Source: an uncultured Gemmataceae bacterium (GTDB lineage: Bacteria > Planctomycetota > Planctomycetia > Gemmatales > Gemmataceae). Taken from it: 64,000 bases of DNA. The notes beneath the pieces were generated by a model. It saw only the letters and a program-made list of their open reading frames with translations. It was not told where the DNA came from and ran no database searches. The DNA lies in NCBI GenBank assembly GCA_963804745.1, contig CAWDRY010000012.1, positions 30,562 to 94,561 on the forward strand, read 5' to 3'. Shown here one piece after another: positions 9,701 through 22,171 of the stretch (position 1 is the first letter of the stretch; each line of letters begins with the position of its first letter). A program made the position numbers and the translations under genes.

Positions 9701-12700
9701 GCCACTGACCACTGACCACCGACCACTGACTACCGACCACGGCAGTGAAAGTGATTGCCTGGCCCGCCGCCGCTGGATTGAGCGACGAAGTCGCGACAGT
9801 GCTCGTGCTCGCCTGATCGACGGTCTCGTACACGGCAGCCGAAGTGCTCCCCAAGGAATTGACATCGCCGCCATAAACACTCCTCAACACGTGCTGGCCG
9901 ACACTAAGACTGCTGACCGCAAAGATGGCTGTCCCGCTAGTGTCCAGCGTCCCATAACACAATACCGTGCTGCCATCCAGGAACGTCACGCTGCCTGTTG
10001 GAATGATGCCTACACTCCCGTTCACGGTCGTTGTGAAACTCGCGCTTTGGCCGAAGATAGAAGTGTTGACAGATGGGAAGGCCGTGGTGATGGTCGTTTG
10101 CTGGATCGCTTGAATCAAGGCCGCCGAGGTGTTGCCGAGGAAGTTGCCGTCCCCGCCGTACACCACCGTGATGCTGTAACTATCAACAGCCAGGACAGTA
10201 CTCAGATGGAAGGTGGCGATGCCAGCGTTCAGCGTCACCGTGCTCCTGCCTGGCAGCGGGTCCCCATCCCCCAGGAAGGTGACCGTGCCTGTCGGCGTGC
10301 CAGCACCCGGAGAGGCGGCACTTATGGTGGCGGTAAACGTGATGGATCGACCAAAGCCGGATGGGTTGACCGGCGATGTCAGAGTCACGGTAGTGCTGGC
10401 TGGGTTGACTGTTTGAGGTAGTGGATTCGACGTGCTCCAGCCCAGGTTCGTATCGCCGCCGTAGATCGCCGTTAGGGTGTGGGCCCCTGCCGACAGTGTT
10501 GCGGTGCTGAAGCTGGCCGTGTCGCCGCCAACGGCAACGGTGCCGATGGAAGTGCTGCCGTCCATGAACGTCATTGTCCCCGTTGGCGTGCCCGCCCCGG
10601 GTGTACTGGCAGCAATCGTGGCCGTGAATGTCACGCTCTGACCGTAAAGGGATGGATTTACCGGCGAAGTCACGGCTGTGGTCGTGGTGGCCTTGGCTTG
10701 AATGACCGTTTGCACCGTGCTGCCGCTGCTGCTGTTGAAGTTTGCATCCCCGCCGTAAGTCGCTGTGATGCTGTGTACACCCACGGCCAATGAGGACGTC
10801 GCATAGGTCGCCATCCCACCACTCAGGGTAACTACACCGCCGGATAGCACAGCCCGTTCTCCATGAATGTCACTGTGCCGGTCGGCGTGCCGGTGCCCGG
10901 ACTGACGGCGCTCACCGTTGCCGTAAAGGTCACGCTCTGGCCGAGGACCGACTGATTGGCCGGCGCACTGACCGTGGTGCTCGTGCCGGCCTGGTTGACC
11001 GTCTGCAAGAAGTCGCCCAACGTGCTGTCGTTGAAGTATCTGTCGCCGCCGTAGATAGCAGTGATGGTGTGCGTCGCCACCGTCAGGCTGCTGGATGTGA
11101 ACGTCGCCGTGCCGCCTTGCCCCTCTCCCCCTGGGAGAGGGGTTGGGGTGAGGGTACCCGTACCGATGGAGCTGCCGCCCTCCTCGAACGTGACCGTACC
11201 TGTCGGTGCCCCCCCGCCGGGACTGACGGGACTGACCGTGGCCGTGAACGTCACCGGCTGGCCGAATACCGATGGGTTGACTGACGAGGTCACTGTCGTG
11301 GTTGTGGCTGTCTGTGCGGGCACTTGTGTCTGGTAGGCGCCGATGTCGGGGTTGCGGATTGGCCGGGGCTGGCCGCGCTGGTCGGTCGTGAGGCCGTTTT
11401 GCGCCGGCACCGATGGCGGGACTGCCCGGCAGCAAGGCCATCGTCGCTGTCGGCCCTCCATTGTTTGCCAGAGGACCAAGCAAGGGATCAATCGCGTTCG
11501 GGTCGGAGCCGGTCACCCCAACTTGATTGTGGTTGCCATCACCGTTCCTGATGCCAGTCAGGCCGGTGCCGTCGCCGATCAGGTTATAGGCGCGTAGCGC
11601 TGGTGACGCTGCCGGCAATGTCCGGATCACTGATGGTCACTGTGTTGCCGGCCACAATGGTGCTGAGCAGCGTTACCGTATCCGAATTGCCGATGCCGCC
11701 GCCATACGCAGCAGAGTTGCCGGCCAGGGTAGAGTTGCTCACCGTCACCGTGCCAGCGGCATTGAAAATGCCGCCGCCGTCCCATACGGCGGAGTTGTCG
11801 GCGAGGGTACAGTTGCTCACCGCCCCCGTGCCATTGTTGTAGATGCCGCCGCCGTAGCCGTGGGCGGCGTTACCGTAGAGGGTGCTGTTGCTCACCATCA
11901 CCGTGCCACCGAGATCGTTGCAGATGCCGCCGCCGCTCCCTTGGGCGGAGTTGCCGGACAGAGTGCAGGTGCTCACCGTCACCGGGCCATTCCTGTTGTA
12001 AATGCCGCCGCCGCTCCCTTGGGCGGAGTTGCCGGACAGAGTGCAGGTGCTCACCGTCAGCGTGCTCCAATTCCAGTAGTTGCCTACATCGATGCCGCCG
12101 CCGCTACTTTGGGCGGAGTTGCCGGAGAGAATACAGTTGCTCACCGTCACCGGGCCACCGTAGCTGAAGATGCCGCCGCCGCCGCCGCCGCCGCCCCAAT
12201 AATTAGGATAAGCGCTGTTGCCGGAGAGGGTGCAGTTGCTCACCGTCAGCGGGCCATAATTGCAGATGCCGCCGCCATTGCCGCCGTTGGATGCGGAGTT
12301 GCCGGAGAGGATGCAGTTGCTCACCGTCAGCGTGTTCCAGTTGGCCATGTCGATGCCGCCGCCATCGCCGTTGAATGCGGAGTTGCCGGACAGGGTGCAG
12401 GTGCTCACCGTCACCGGGCCACTGTTGTTGTAGATGCCGCCGCCGCTGTATGCGGAGTTGCCGGACAGGGTGCAGGTGCTCACCGTCAGCGGGCTATTGT
12501 TGTAGATGCCGCCGCCGTTGCCGTTGGAGGCGGAGTTGCCGGAGAACATGCAGTTGCTCACCGTCACCGGGCCACCGTTGTTGTAGATGCCGCCGCCGTT
12601 GTAGTATGCGGAGTTGCTGGACAGGGTGGTGTTGCTCACCGTCACCGTGCCATAATTGCAGATGCCGCCGCCGTAGGATGCAGAGTTGCCCGACAGGGTG

Positions 12701-15700
12701 GTGTTGCTCACCCACAGCATGCCACTATTGTAGATGCCGCCGCCGTAGGATGCGGAGTTGCCCGACAGGGTGGTGTTGCTCACCCACAGCATACCACTAT
12801 TGTAGATGCCGCCGCCGTAGGATGCGGAGTTGTCGGACAGGCTGCAATTGCTCACCGTCAGCGTGCCATTGTTGAGGATGCCGCCGCCTGCACCGGGGGT
12901 GGATCCATTGCTGATGGTCAGGTTTTCCAGGGTGGCGGTGGTGTTCGCTGCCACCGTGAAGAGCAAGGAGTTCCACCCGCGGCCGCCGCCCTGGATGGTC
13001 AAAGCGGCTGTCGGGCCAGCAATGATGATCGACGCGCCGAGGGTGGCGTTGTCGAGGTTCAGTGCGCCTGCGGGCGCGATCGTCTGCGGCGTGGCGAAAA
13101 CCACGGGGTCGAAGGAAATGGTGAAGAGGCCGCCGTTGCCGTCGTTGTCCGCCTGGGCCACCGCATAGGACAGGCTGCCTGGTCCCGAGCTATTGATGTT
13201 CGTAACGATGTAGTAACCGGGGACCGCCGGGGCGATAGTGAACGACTGATCGACGGGGGCGGCGGCGCTGTAGTCGATGCTGCCCGCCTGCACCGCCACG
13301 ACGGTGACCACCGTCCCTGCCGGCGTGGCGCCGAGGATGGTGATTGTGTTGCCGGAGATGCTGGCATACTGCCCGCCCGCCACAATGCGGAAGCTGACCG
13401 CCAGGCCCGAGCTGGCGCTGGCGCTCACCGTAAACGGTGCGTTGCCATAGATCTGGTTGGCCAGCGGCCCGAAGCTGATCGTCTGCCTGACCGCGGTCTG
13501 ATAGGCGCCGATGTCCGGGCTGCCGGCCGGCCGGGGCTGGCCGCGCTGGTCGGTGGTGATGCCGTTAACGATCTCGCCGGCGCCGATTGCAGGGCTGCCC
13601 GGCAGCAAGGCCATCGTAGCCGTCGGCCCGCTGTTATTTTGCAAAGGGCCAAGCAGGGGATCGATCGGGTTGGGGTCTGAGCCGGTCACCCCGACTTGAT
13701 TGTGGTTGCCATCGCCGTTGCTGATGCCGGACAGGCCGGTGCCGTCGCCGATAAGGTTATAGGCACTGCTTCCCGTGATGATGCCGTAAATGTCCGGCTC
13801 ACTGACGGTGTTGCCCGCCACGATGGTACTGAACAATGTCACCGTCCCGGCGGCAGTGCCGATGCCGCCGCCGTTACCTTGGGCGGTGTTGCCGGACAGC
13901 GTGGAGCTGCTTACCGTCACCGTGCCGTCTTGGTTCCAAATGCCGCCGCCGTTACCCTGGACGGAGTTGCCGGCGACGGTGCAGTTGCTCACCGCCAGCG
14001 TGCCGTCGTTCCAAAGGCCGCCGCCGTTACCCTGGGCCGAGTTGCCGGCGACGGTGCAATTGCTCACCGCCAGCGTGCCGTCGTTCCAGATGCCGCCGCC
14101 GCTGCTGCTCGTGTACCCATTACTGATGGTCAGGTTTTCCAGGGTCGCGGTTGTGTTCGCGGCCACCGTGAAGACCGAGAAGTTCGACCCGCTGCCGCCG
14201 CCCAGGATGGTCAGAGCAGACTGCCGGGCCGGCAATGAGCACCGAAACGCCGGGCGTGCTGTTGTCGAGGTTCAGCGTGCCTGCCAACGTTATCGTCTGC
14301 GCCGTGGCGAAAACCGTTGCATCGAAGTTGATGGTGAAGAGTTCCCCCCTGGTGTCGTTGTCCGCCTGTTCGACCGCGTAAGGCAGGCTGCCGAGCACCG
14401 TGCTGTCGTTGCTGGTATTGGTGACGGTGTAGGCCGGTGTCTGATAGGCGCCGATGTCGGGATGGCTGCTTGACCGAGCATGGCCGCACTGGTCGGTCGT
14501 GAGGCCGTTTTGCGCCGGCGCCGATGGCGGGACTGCCCGGCAGCAAGGCCATCGTCGCCGTCGGCCCACCATTGTTTGCCAGAGGACCAAGCAGGGGATC
14601 TATCGGGTTCGGGTCTGAGCCGGTCACCCCAACTTGATTGTGGTTGCCATCGCCGTTGCTGATGCCGGTCAGGCCGGTGCCGTCGCCGATCAGGTTATAG
14701 GCGCGAGCGCTGGTGACGCTGCCGGCAATGTCCGGATCACTGATGGTCACTGTGTTGCCGGCCACAATGGTGCTGAGCAGCGTTACCGTATCCGAATTGC
14801 CGATGCCGCCGCCATACGCAGCAGAGTTGCCGGCCAGGGTAGAGTTGCTCACCGTCACCGTGCCAGCGGCATTGAAAATGCCGCCGCCGTCCCATACGGC
14901 GGAGTTGTCGGCAAGGGTACAGTTGCTCACCGCCCCCGTGCCATTGTTGTAGATGCCGCCGCCGTAGCCGTGGGCGGCGTTACCGTAGAGGGTGCTGTTG
15001 CTCACCATCACCGTGCCACCGAGATCGTTGCAGATGCCGCCGCCGCTCCCTTGGGCGGAGTTGCCGGACAGAGTGCAGGTGCTCACCGTCACCGGGCCAT
15101 TCCTGTTGTAAATGCCGCCGCCGCTCCCTTGGGCGGAGTTGCCGGACAGAGTGCAGGTGCTCACCGTCAGCGTGCTCCAATTCCAGTAGTTGCCTACATC
15201 AATGCCGCCGCCGCTACTTTGGGCGGAGTTGCCGGAGAGAATACAGTTGCTCACCGTCACCGGGCCACCGTAGCTGAAGATGCCGCCGCCGCCGCCGCCG
15301 CCGCCCCAATAATTAGGATAGGCGCTGTTGCCGGAGAGGGTGCAGTTGCTCACCGTCAGCGGGCCATAATTGCAGATGCCGCCGCCATTGCCGCCGTTGG
15401 ATGCGGAGTTGCCGGAGAGGATGCAGTTGCTCACCGTCAGCGTGTTCCAGTTGGCCATGTCGATGCCGCCGCCATCGCCGTTGAATGCGGAGTTGCCGGA
15501 CAGGGTGCAGGTGCTCACCGTCAGCGGGCCACTGTTGTTGTAGATGCCGCCGCCGCTGTATGCGGAGTTGCCGGACAGGGTGCAGGTGCTCACCGTCAGC
15601 GGGCTATTGTTGTAGATGCCGCCGCCGTTGCCGTTGGAGGCGGAGTTGCCGGAGAACATGCAGTTGCTCACCGTCACCGGGCCACCGTTGTTGTAGATGC

Positions 15701-18700
15701 CGCCGCCGTTGTAGTATGCGGAGTTGCTGGACAGGGTGGTGTTGCTCACCGTCACCGTGCCATAATTGCAGATGCCGCCGCCGTAGGATGCAGAGTTGCC
15801 CGACAGGGTGGTGTTGCTCACCCACAGCATGCCACTATTGTAGATGCCGCCGCCGTAGGATGCGGAGTTGCCCGACAGGGTGGTGTTGCTCACCCACAGC
15901 ATACCACTATTGTAGATGCCGCCGCCGTAGGATGCGGAGTTGTCGGACAGGCTGCAATTGCTCACCGTCAGCGTGCCATTGTTGAGGATGCCGCCGCCTG
16001 CACCGGGGGTGGATCCATTGCTGATGGTCAGGTTTTCCAGGGTGGCGGTGGTGTTCGCTGCCACCATGAAGACCGAGGAGTTCCACCCGTGGCCGCCGCC
16101 CTGGATGGTCAAAGCGGCTGTCGGGCCAGCAATGATGATCGACGCGCCGAGGGTGGAGTTGTTGAGGTTCAGTACGCCTGCGGGCGCGATTGTCTGCGGC
16201 GTGGCGAAAATCACGGGGTCGAAGGAAATGGTGAAGAGGCCGCCGTTGCCGTCGTTGTCCGCCTGGGCCACCGCATAGGACAGGCTGCCTGGTCCCGAGC
16301 TATTGATGTTCGTAACGATGTAGTAACCGGGGACCGCCGGGGCGATAGTGAACGACTGATCGACGGGGGCGGCGGCGCTGTAGTCGATGCTGCCCGCCTG
16401 CACCGCCACGACGGTGACCACCGTCCCTGCCGGCGTGGCGCCGAGGATGGTGATTGTGTTGCCGGAGATGCTGGCATACTGCCCGCCCACCACAATGCTG
16501 AAGCTGACCGGCAGGCCCGAGCTGGCGCTGGCGCTCACCGTAAACGGTGCATTGCCGTAGGTCTGGTTGGCCAGCGGCCCGAAGCTGATCGTCTGGTTGG
16601 TCTCGCTCTGGTAGGCGCCGATGTCGGGGTTGCCGGCCGGCCGGGGCTGGCCGCGCTGGTCGGTGGTGTTGCCGGCAACGACCTTGCCGGCACCGATCGC
16701 AGGGCTGCCCGGCAGCAAGGCCATCGTAGCCGTCGGCCCGCTGTTATTTTGCAAAGGGCCAAGCAGGGGATCGATCGGGTTGGGGTCTGAGCCGGTCACC
16801 CCGACTTGATTGTGGTTGCCATCGCCGTTGCTGATGCCGGACAGGCCGGTGCCGTCGCCGATAAGGTTATAGGCACTGCTGCCCGTGATGATGCCGTAAA
16901 TGTCCGGCTCACTGACGGTGTTGCCCGCCACGATGGTACTGAACAATGTCACCGTCCCGGCGGCAGTGCCGATGCCGCCGCCGTTACCTTGGGCGGTGTT
17001 GCCGGACAGCGTGGAGCTGCTTACCGTCACCGTGCCGTCTTGGTTCCAAATGCCGCCGCCGTTACCCTGGACGGAGTTGCCGGCGACGGTGCAGTTGCTC
17101 ACCGCCAGCGTGCCGTCGTTCCAAAGGCCGCCGCCGTTACCCTGGGCCGAGTTGCCGGCGACGGTGCAATTGCTCACCGCCAGCGTGCCGTCGTTCCAGA
17201 TGCCGCCGCCGTTGCTGCTCGTATGCCCGTTGCTGATGGTCAGGTTTTCCAGGGTGGCGGTTGTGTTCATGGCCACCGTGAAGACCGAGAAGTTCGACCC
17301 GCTACCGCCGCCCAGGATGGTCAGAGCAACTGCCGGGCCGGCAATGAGGACCGAAGCGCCGGGCGTGCTGTTGTCGAGGTTTAGCGTGCCTGCCAGCGCG
17401 ATCGTCTGCGCTGTGGCGAAAACCGTTGCATCGAAGTTGATGGTGAAGAGTTCCCCCCTGGTGTCGTTGTCCGCCTGTTCGACCGCGTAAGGCAGGCTGC
17501 CGAGCACCGTGCTGTCGTTGCTGGTATTGGTGACGGTGTAGGCCGGTGTCTGATAGGCGCCGATGTCGGGATGGCTGCTTGACCGAGCATGGCCGCACTG
17601 GTCGGTCGTGAGGCCGTTTTGCGCCGGCGCCGATGGCGGGACTGCCCGGCAGCAAGGCCATCGTCGCCGTCGGCCCACCATTGTTTGCCAGAGGACCAAG
17701 CAGGGGATCGATCGGGTTCGGGTCTGAGCCGGTCACCCCAACTTGATTGTGGTTGCCATCGCCGTTGCTGATGCCGGCCAGGCCGGTGCTGTCGCCGATC
17801 AGGTTATAGGCGCTATTGCTGGTGACGCTGCCGGCAATGTCCGGATCACTGATGGTCACTGTGTTGCCGGCCACAATGGTGCTGAGCAGCGTTACCGTAT
17901 CCGAATTGCCGATGCCGCCGCCATACGCAGCAGAGTTGCCGGCCAGGGTAGAGTTGCTCACCGTCACCGTGCCAGCGGCATTGAAAATGCCGCCGCCGTC
18001 CCATACGGCGGAGTTGTCGGCGAGGGTACAGTTGCTCACCGCCCCCGTGCCATTGTTGTAGATGCCGCCGCCGTAGCCGTGGGCGGCGTTACCGTAGAGG
18101 GTGCTGTTGCTCACCATCACCGTGCCACCGAGATCGTTGCAGATGCCGCCGCCGCTCCCTTGGGCGGAGTTGCCGGACAGAGTGCAGGTGCTCACCGTCA
18201 CCGGGCCATTCCTGTTGTAAATGCCGCCGCCGCTCCCTTGGGCGGAGTTGCCGGACAGAGTGCAGGTGCTCACCGTCAGCGTGCTCCAATTCCAGTAGTT
18301 GCCTACATCGATGCCGCCGCCGCTACTTTGGGCGGAGTTGCCGGAGAGAATACAGTTGCTCACCGTCACCGGGCCACCGTAGCTGAAGATGCCGCCGCCG
18401 CCGCCGCCGCCCCAATAATTAGGATAAGCGCTGTTGCCGGAGAGGGTGCAGTTGCTCACCGTCAGCGGGCCATAATTGCAGATGCCGCCGCCATTGCCGC
18501 CGTTGGATGCGGAGTTGCCGGAGAGGATGCAGTTGCTCACCGTCAGCGTGTTCCAGTTGGCCATGTCGATGCCGCCGCCATCGCCGTTGAATGCGGAGTT
18601 GCCGGACAGGGTGCAGGTGCTCACCGTCACCGGGCCACTGTTGTTGTAGATGCCGCCGCCGCTGTATGCGGAGTTGCCGGACAGGGTGCAGGTGCTCACC

Positions 18701-21630
18701 GTCAGCGGGCTATTGTTGTAGATGCCGCCGCCGTTGCCGTTGGAGGCGGAGTTGCCGGAGAACATGCAGTTGCTCACCGTCACCGGGCCACCGTTGTTGT
18801 AGATGCCGCCGCCGTTGTAGTATGCGGAGTTGCTGGACAGGGTGGTGTTGCTCACCGTCACCGTGCCATAATTGCAGATGCCGCCGCCGTAGGATGCAGA
18901 GTTGCCCGACAGGGTGGTGTTGCTCACCCACAGCATGCCACTATTGTAGATGCCGCCGCCGTAGGATGCGGAGTTGCCCGACAGGGTGGTGTTGCTCACC
19001 CACAGCATACCACTATTGTAGATGCCGCCGCCGTAGGATGCGGAGTTGTCGGACAGGCTGCAATTGCTCACCGTCAGCGTGCCATTGTTGAGGATGCCGC
19101 CGCCTGCACCGGGGGTGGATCCATTGCTGATGGTCAGGTTTTCCAGGGTGGCGGTGGTGTTCGCTGCCACCATGAAGACCGAGGAGTTCCACCCGTGGCC
19201 GCCGCCCTGGATGGTCAAAGCGGCTGTCGGGCCAGCAATGATGATCGACGCGCCGAGGGTGGAGTTGTTGAGGTTCAGTACGCCTGCGGGCGCGATTGTC
19301 TGCGGCGTGGCGAAAATCACGGGGTCGAAGAAAATGGTGAACGGGCCGCTGCTGGTGTTGTTGTCTGCCTGGGCCAGCGCATAGGGCAGGCTGCCGATCA
19401 CCGTGTTGTCGTTGCTGGTATTGGTGACAGTGTAGAACTGGGCCTGGCTGACCATTTGCACAAAGCTGCCGCTGCTGCTTACACAATTGCCGTCGCCGCC
19501 GTAGACTGCCGTTATCGTGTGGTAGCCGGCCGTCAAGCTGCTGGTCATGAATGTGGCCGTGCCGTTGCTGTCCAGAGTGACCATGCCGTTGCTCAGTGGG
19601 AAGCCCCCGTCCTCGAACATGACCGTGCCCGTCGGCGTGCCGGCGCCCGGCGAGGTGACACTGACCGTGGCGGTAAAGCTCACACTCTGCCCGAACACCG
19701 AGGGACTGGCAGATGAAGTCACCGTTGTCGTCGTGCTCGCCGGGTTCACGGTCTGGGTGAGAGTGTCTGAGGTGCTGGCCGTGAAGTTGCCGTCGCCGCC
19801 GTAAGTCGCCGTGATCGTATGAACGCCAACGGTAAACATAGACGTGGCGAAGGTGGCCGCTACCCCGCCGCTGACTGCTCCCGTGCCCACGGAGGTGCCG
19901 CCGTCCTGGAACGTCACTATCCCCGTCGGCCACTGGCCACTGACCACTGACCACTGACCACTGCATGTGGCCGTGAAAGTCACGCCCTGGCCGAACACCA
20001 ACGGGTTGGTCGAAGAATTCACCGTGGTGGTGGTGCTCGCCTGGTTGACGGTCTGGACGGTGCTGCCGCTGCTGACGCAGTAGGTGCTGTCGCCGCCGTA
20101 GCTGGCCGTGACGGTGTGGGTGCCGGCACTCAGAGTCGAGATGGGGAAGGAAGCAGTGGCAATGGCGCCGCTGCCGCTCAATGTGCTTTGCCCAAGCGAC
20201 GTGCTGCCGTCGCTGAAGGTCACCGTGCCGCTAGGCGTCTCGGACTGGTTCCCGGTGACGGTGGCGCTGAATGTGACAACATCGCCTAAGATTGACGTAC
20301 TGGAAGACGATGTCACCGTGGTGGTAGCGGTGCCGCCCGTGACGGTCTGTAGGAAGGTGCCCGAGGCGGGGCTGGCGCTGAAGTTGGTGTCGCCGCCGTA
20401 GCTGGCCGTGATGGTATGCGTGCCAATCGACAGCGCCGTGGTCGAGAACGTCGCCGTGGTGCCGCTGATCGAACTCGTGCCGATGGAGCTGCCGCCGTCG
20501 CTGAAGGTCACCGTGCCGGTTGCGCCGGTGGGCGAACTGTGGACCGTGGCCATGAACGTCACCGTCGAGCCGTAGACTGGGGAACTGGGCGTCGCCGCCG
20601 TCACCGTGGTCGTGGTGCTCGCCTGGTTGACGGTCTGGAGGAAGGTGCCGGTGGTGCTGCTGGCGGCGTAGTTGGTCCCGCCGCCGTAGGTCGCGGTGAG
20701 CGAGTGGGTGCCGGCGGCCAGGCTGCTGGTCGTAAATGTGGCGATGCCGCGGCCGGTGCCGCTGCCGTCGTCGGTCACATTGGCGAATCCCAGGGTGGTG
20801 GCGCCGTCCATAAACATCACGCCGCCGTCGATCGTGTTGCTGGCGCCGCCTTGCACGGTTGCGGTGATGGTCACAGGCTCGCCGAAGGCCGTCGGTCCCG
20901 ACGAAGTCACGGTGGTGGTCGATGCGATCGTTCCGGGAGTCAGCACGATCAGGGTGCCGTCCACCACGTCACCGGCGGTATCGTTGGGAGGGGGATCCAG
21001 CGTGTACACATCCCCTGAGCTAATGCCATATGCCTTCGTGGGAAGGCTTTGGTTGAGGGACAGCGGGACGCTCGCTCGCAAGTTGATGATACTGTGCCCT
21101 GCAGACTGCAGGTTGGTAAAGGCAATGTCCAGCAGATCGATGGTTTGATCCGAATTGTCCAAACCGGTGAAAGAAAATGCGTCGACGGCGATTGTGCCTA
21201 CTAGACCCGGCAACAGAGTATTGTTGGGGACGATGTTCCCGGCGTAAGTGAACCCGGGGGACAGCGGTTCCTTGAAAGCTACTGCCTGTTCGTTCGAGAC
21301 AGTTGTCGCCACAAACAGCTGCGTGGGATCGTAACTCATGGCGATGTCAAACTCGCCCAGGGTAGCCGCGCCGATGGCGGCCAAGCCCACGCTGACAGGC
21401 ACTGTTTGGAACTGAAAAGCATGGAACGGTCGGACGGCGACAAACATTTCTCCCGTTGACGACGGCGTGAGGCGCTCCTCGAACGGCTCGACGGACAGCC
21501 AGCAGCGCCGGCGCTCGGTCTTGCGGCGGCCGCGATGCTTGCGCCAGCGCCTCCAGGACCAAGTGTTCAATTCGACCATTTGCACCAGGTTTTGCCACCA
21601 ACGAAAAAATGTCATAATGCGGCTCCTCAA
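6706..21630 (-). CDS. giant (~4,900 aa if contiguous) secreted adhesin-like protein fragmented into 6 overlapping ORFs by frameshifts: N-terminal Planctomycete leader, 3 cohesin-like modules, dockerin-like repeats, many Big_3-like Ig domains, PbH1 parallel beta-helix repeat arrays, choice-of-anchor-Q-like domains
   Basis: ORFs 17302..21630, 14211..17699, 11584..14235, 9444..11630, 8168..9676, 6706..8706 all minus strand, overlapping, with domain continuity; N-term ...RRRCWLSVEPFEERLTPS; SGNSAxxGGGIYN repeats; YNLIGDGTGLxGISNGDGNHNQVGVTGSDPNPIDPLLGPLxNNxGPTATMALLPGSPAIGAG; GDVSGDNVLTGLDALQIAREAVG dockerin-like; AISYDTSRLEILSAGDIQPG cohesin-like. Confidence 0.6.
7302..7370. repeat. in-frame SSR (CACCACTCACCACTC)x4 within giant gene, encodes (GVVSG)n
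   Basis: read directly; same GGTGAGT/ACTCACC heptamer family as intergenic palindromes. Confidence 0.8.
7606..7652. repeat. in-frame SSR (GACCTCT)x6.5 within giant gene
   Basis: read directly: ctgacctctgacctctgacctctgacctctgacctctgcc. Confidence 0.8.
11335..19440. repeat. near-identical tandem duplication, unit ~3106-3110 bp, ~2.6 copies (boundaries ~11335/14445/17554/19440) inside the giant gene
   Basis: spurious +strand ORFs recur at 11603/14713/17822, 12375/15485/18591 etc. with identical translations; offsets 3110, 3109, 3106. Confidence 0.85.
12171..12194. repeat. (GCC)8 trinucleotide SSR encoding poly-Gly in beta-helix module; copies at 15282-15305 (x8) and 18391-18411 (x7)
   Basis: read directly; copy 3 is one unit shorter. 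Confidence 0.8.
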
Positions 21631-21840
21631 TACTCAGGGGGAAAGTCGATAGTACGGAATAGGAAAGAAAGAACTGGCATCCTGCTCGTCCGCAGTCATT
21701 AGAAACCCGGTTTCTGTTAGTCCACTGCGGAGCCAACGCGCCAAAACCCGGCGTTCCGGCAACTGATCCTTCAATTCTCCGCTCGGGTAAACGAGAGAGG
21801 CGCGGCCCTCTGCGGAATCGGTTCGCCCCAAGCGTGTAAC

Positions 21841-22100
21841 AGGAAAGAAACGGCCGGTTTTAGCAAGGGACTCCCCCGCCGCCGCACGCCGCCGAACCCG
21901 GTGACCGAACCAGCACTGGTAAAGCTGACGAAACCAGGTGGGAATCATCGCTGCCTGCCTTTGCGAAGCAGAATGCGCGAACCAGATACCCGTTGGCGGG
22001 GCTGGACAGTGTGCATCCAGAAGGGGGGAATCGCCGTTCCCCGGAATGGGTTATCGGCCGCCATCCCTGGCTGGCCGCCGACTTGGGGTTAATGGTAAGC
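21841..22100. repeat. ~255-bp direct repeat, copy 1 (left flank of Rpn-like gene)
   Basis: ~90% identical to 23510..23775. Confidence 0.8.
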
Positions 22101-22171
22101 GAAACAGAGGGAAAGTCAATGAGAGATGTGCTAGAATAGGCTCAGATCAAGAAACGTTCGCGGAGGTGCCG

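Noticed and set aside
11860-19716. Long plus-strand ORFs (11860..13680, 14634..16790, 17743..19716 and many 60-170-aa ORFs) antisense to the giant gene
   Set aside because: Their translations are low-complexity Ala/Gly/Val/Arg strings with no motifs. They simply mirror the GC-rich tandem repeats of the minus-strand gene, whose translation shows real domain structure.
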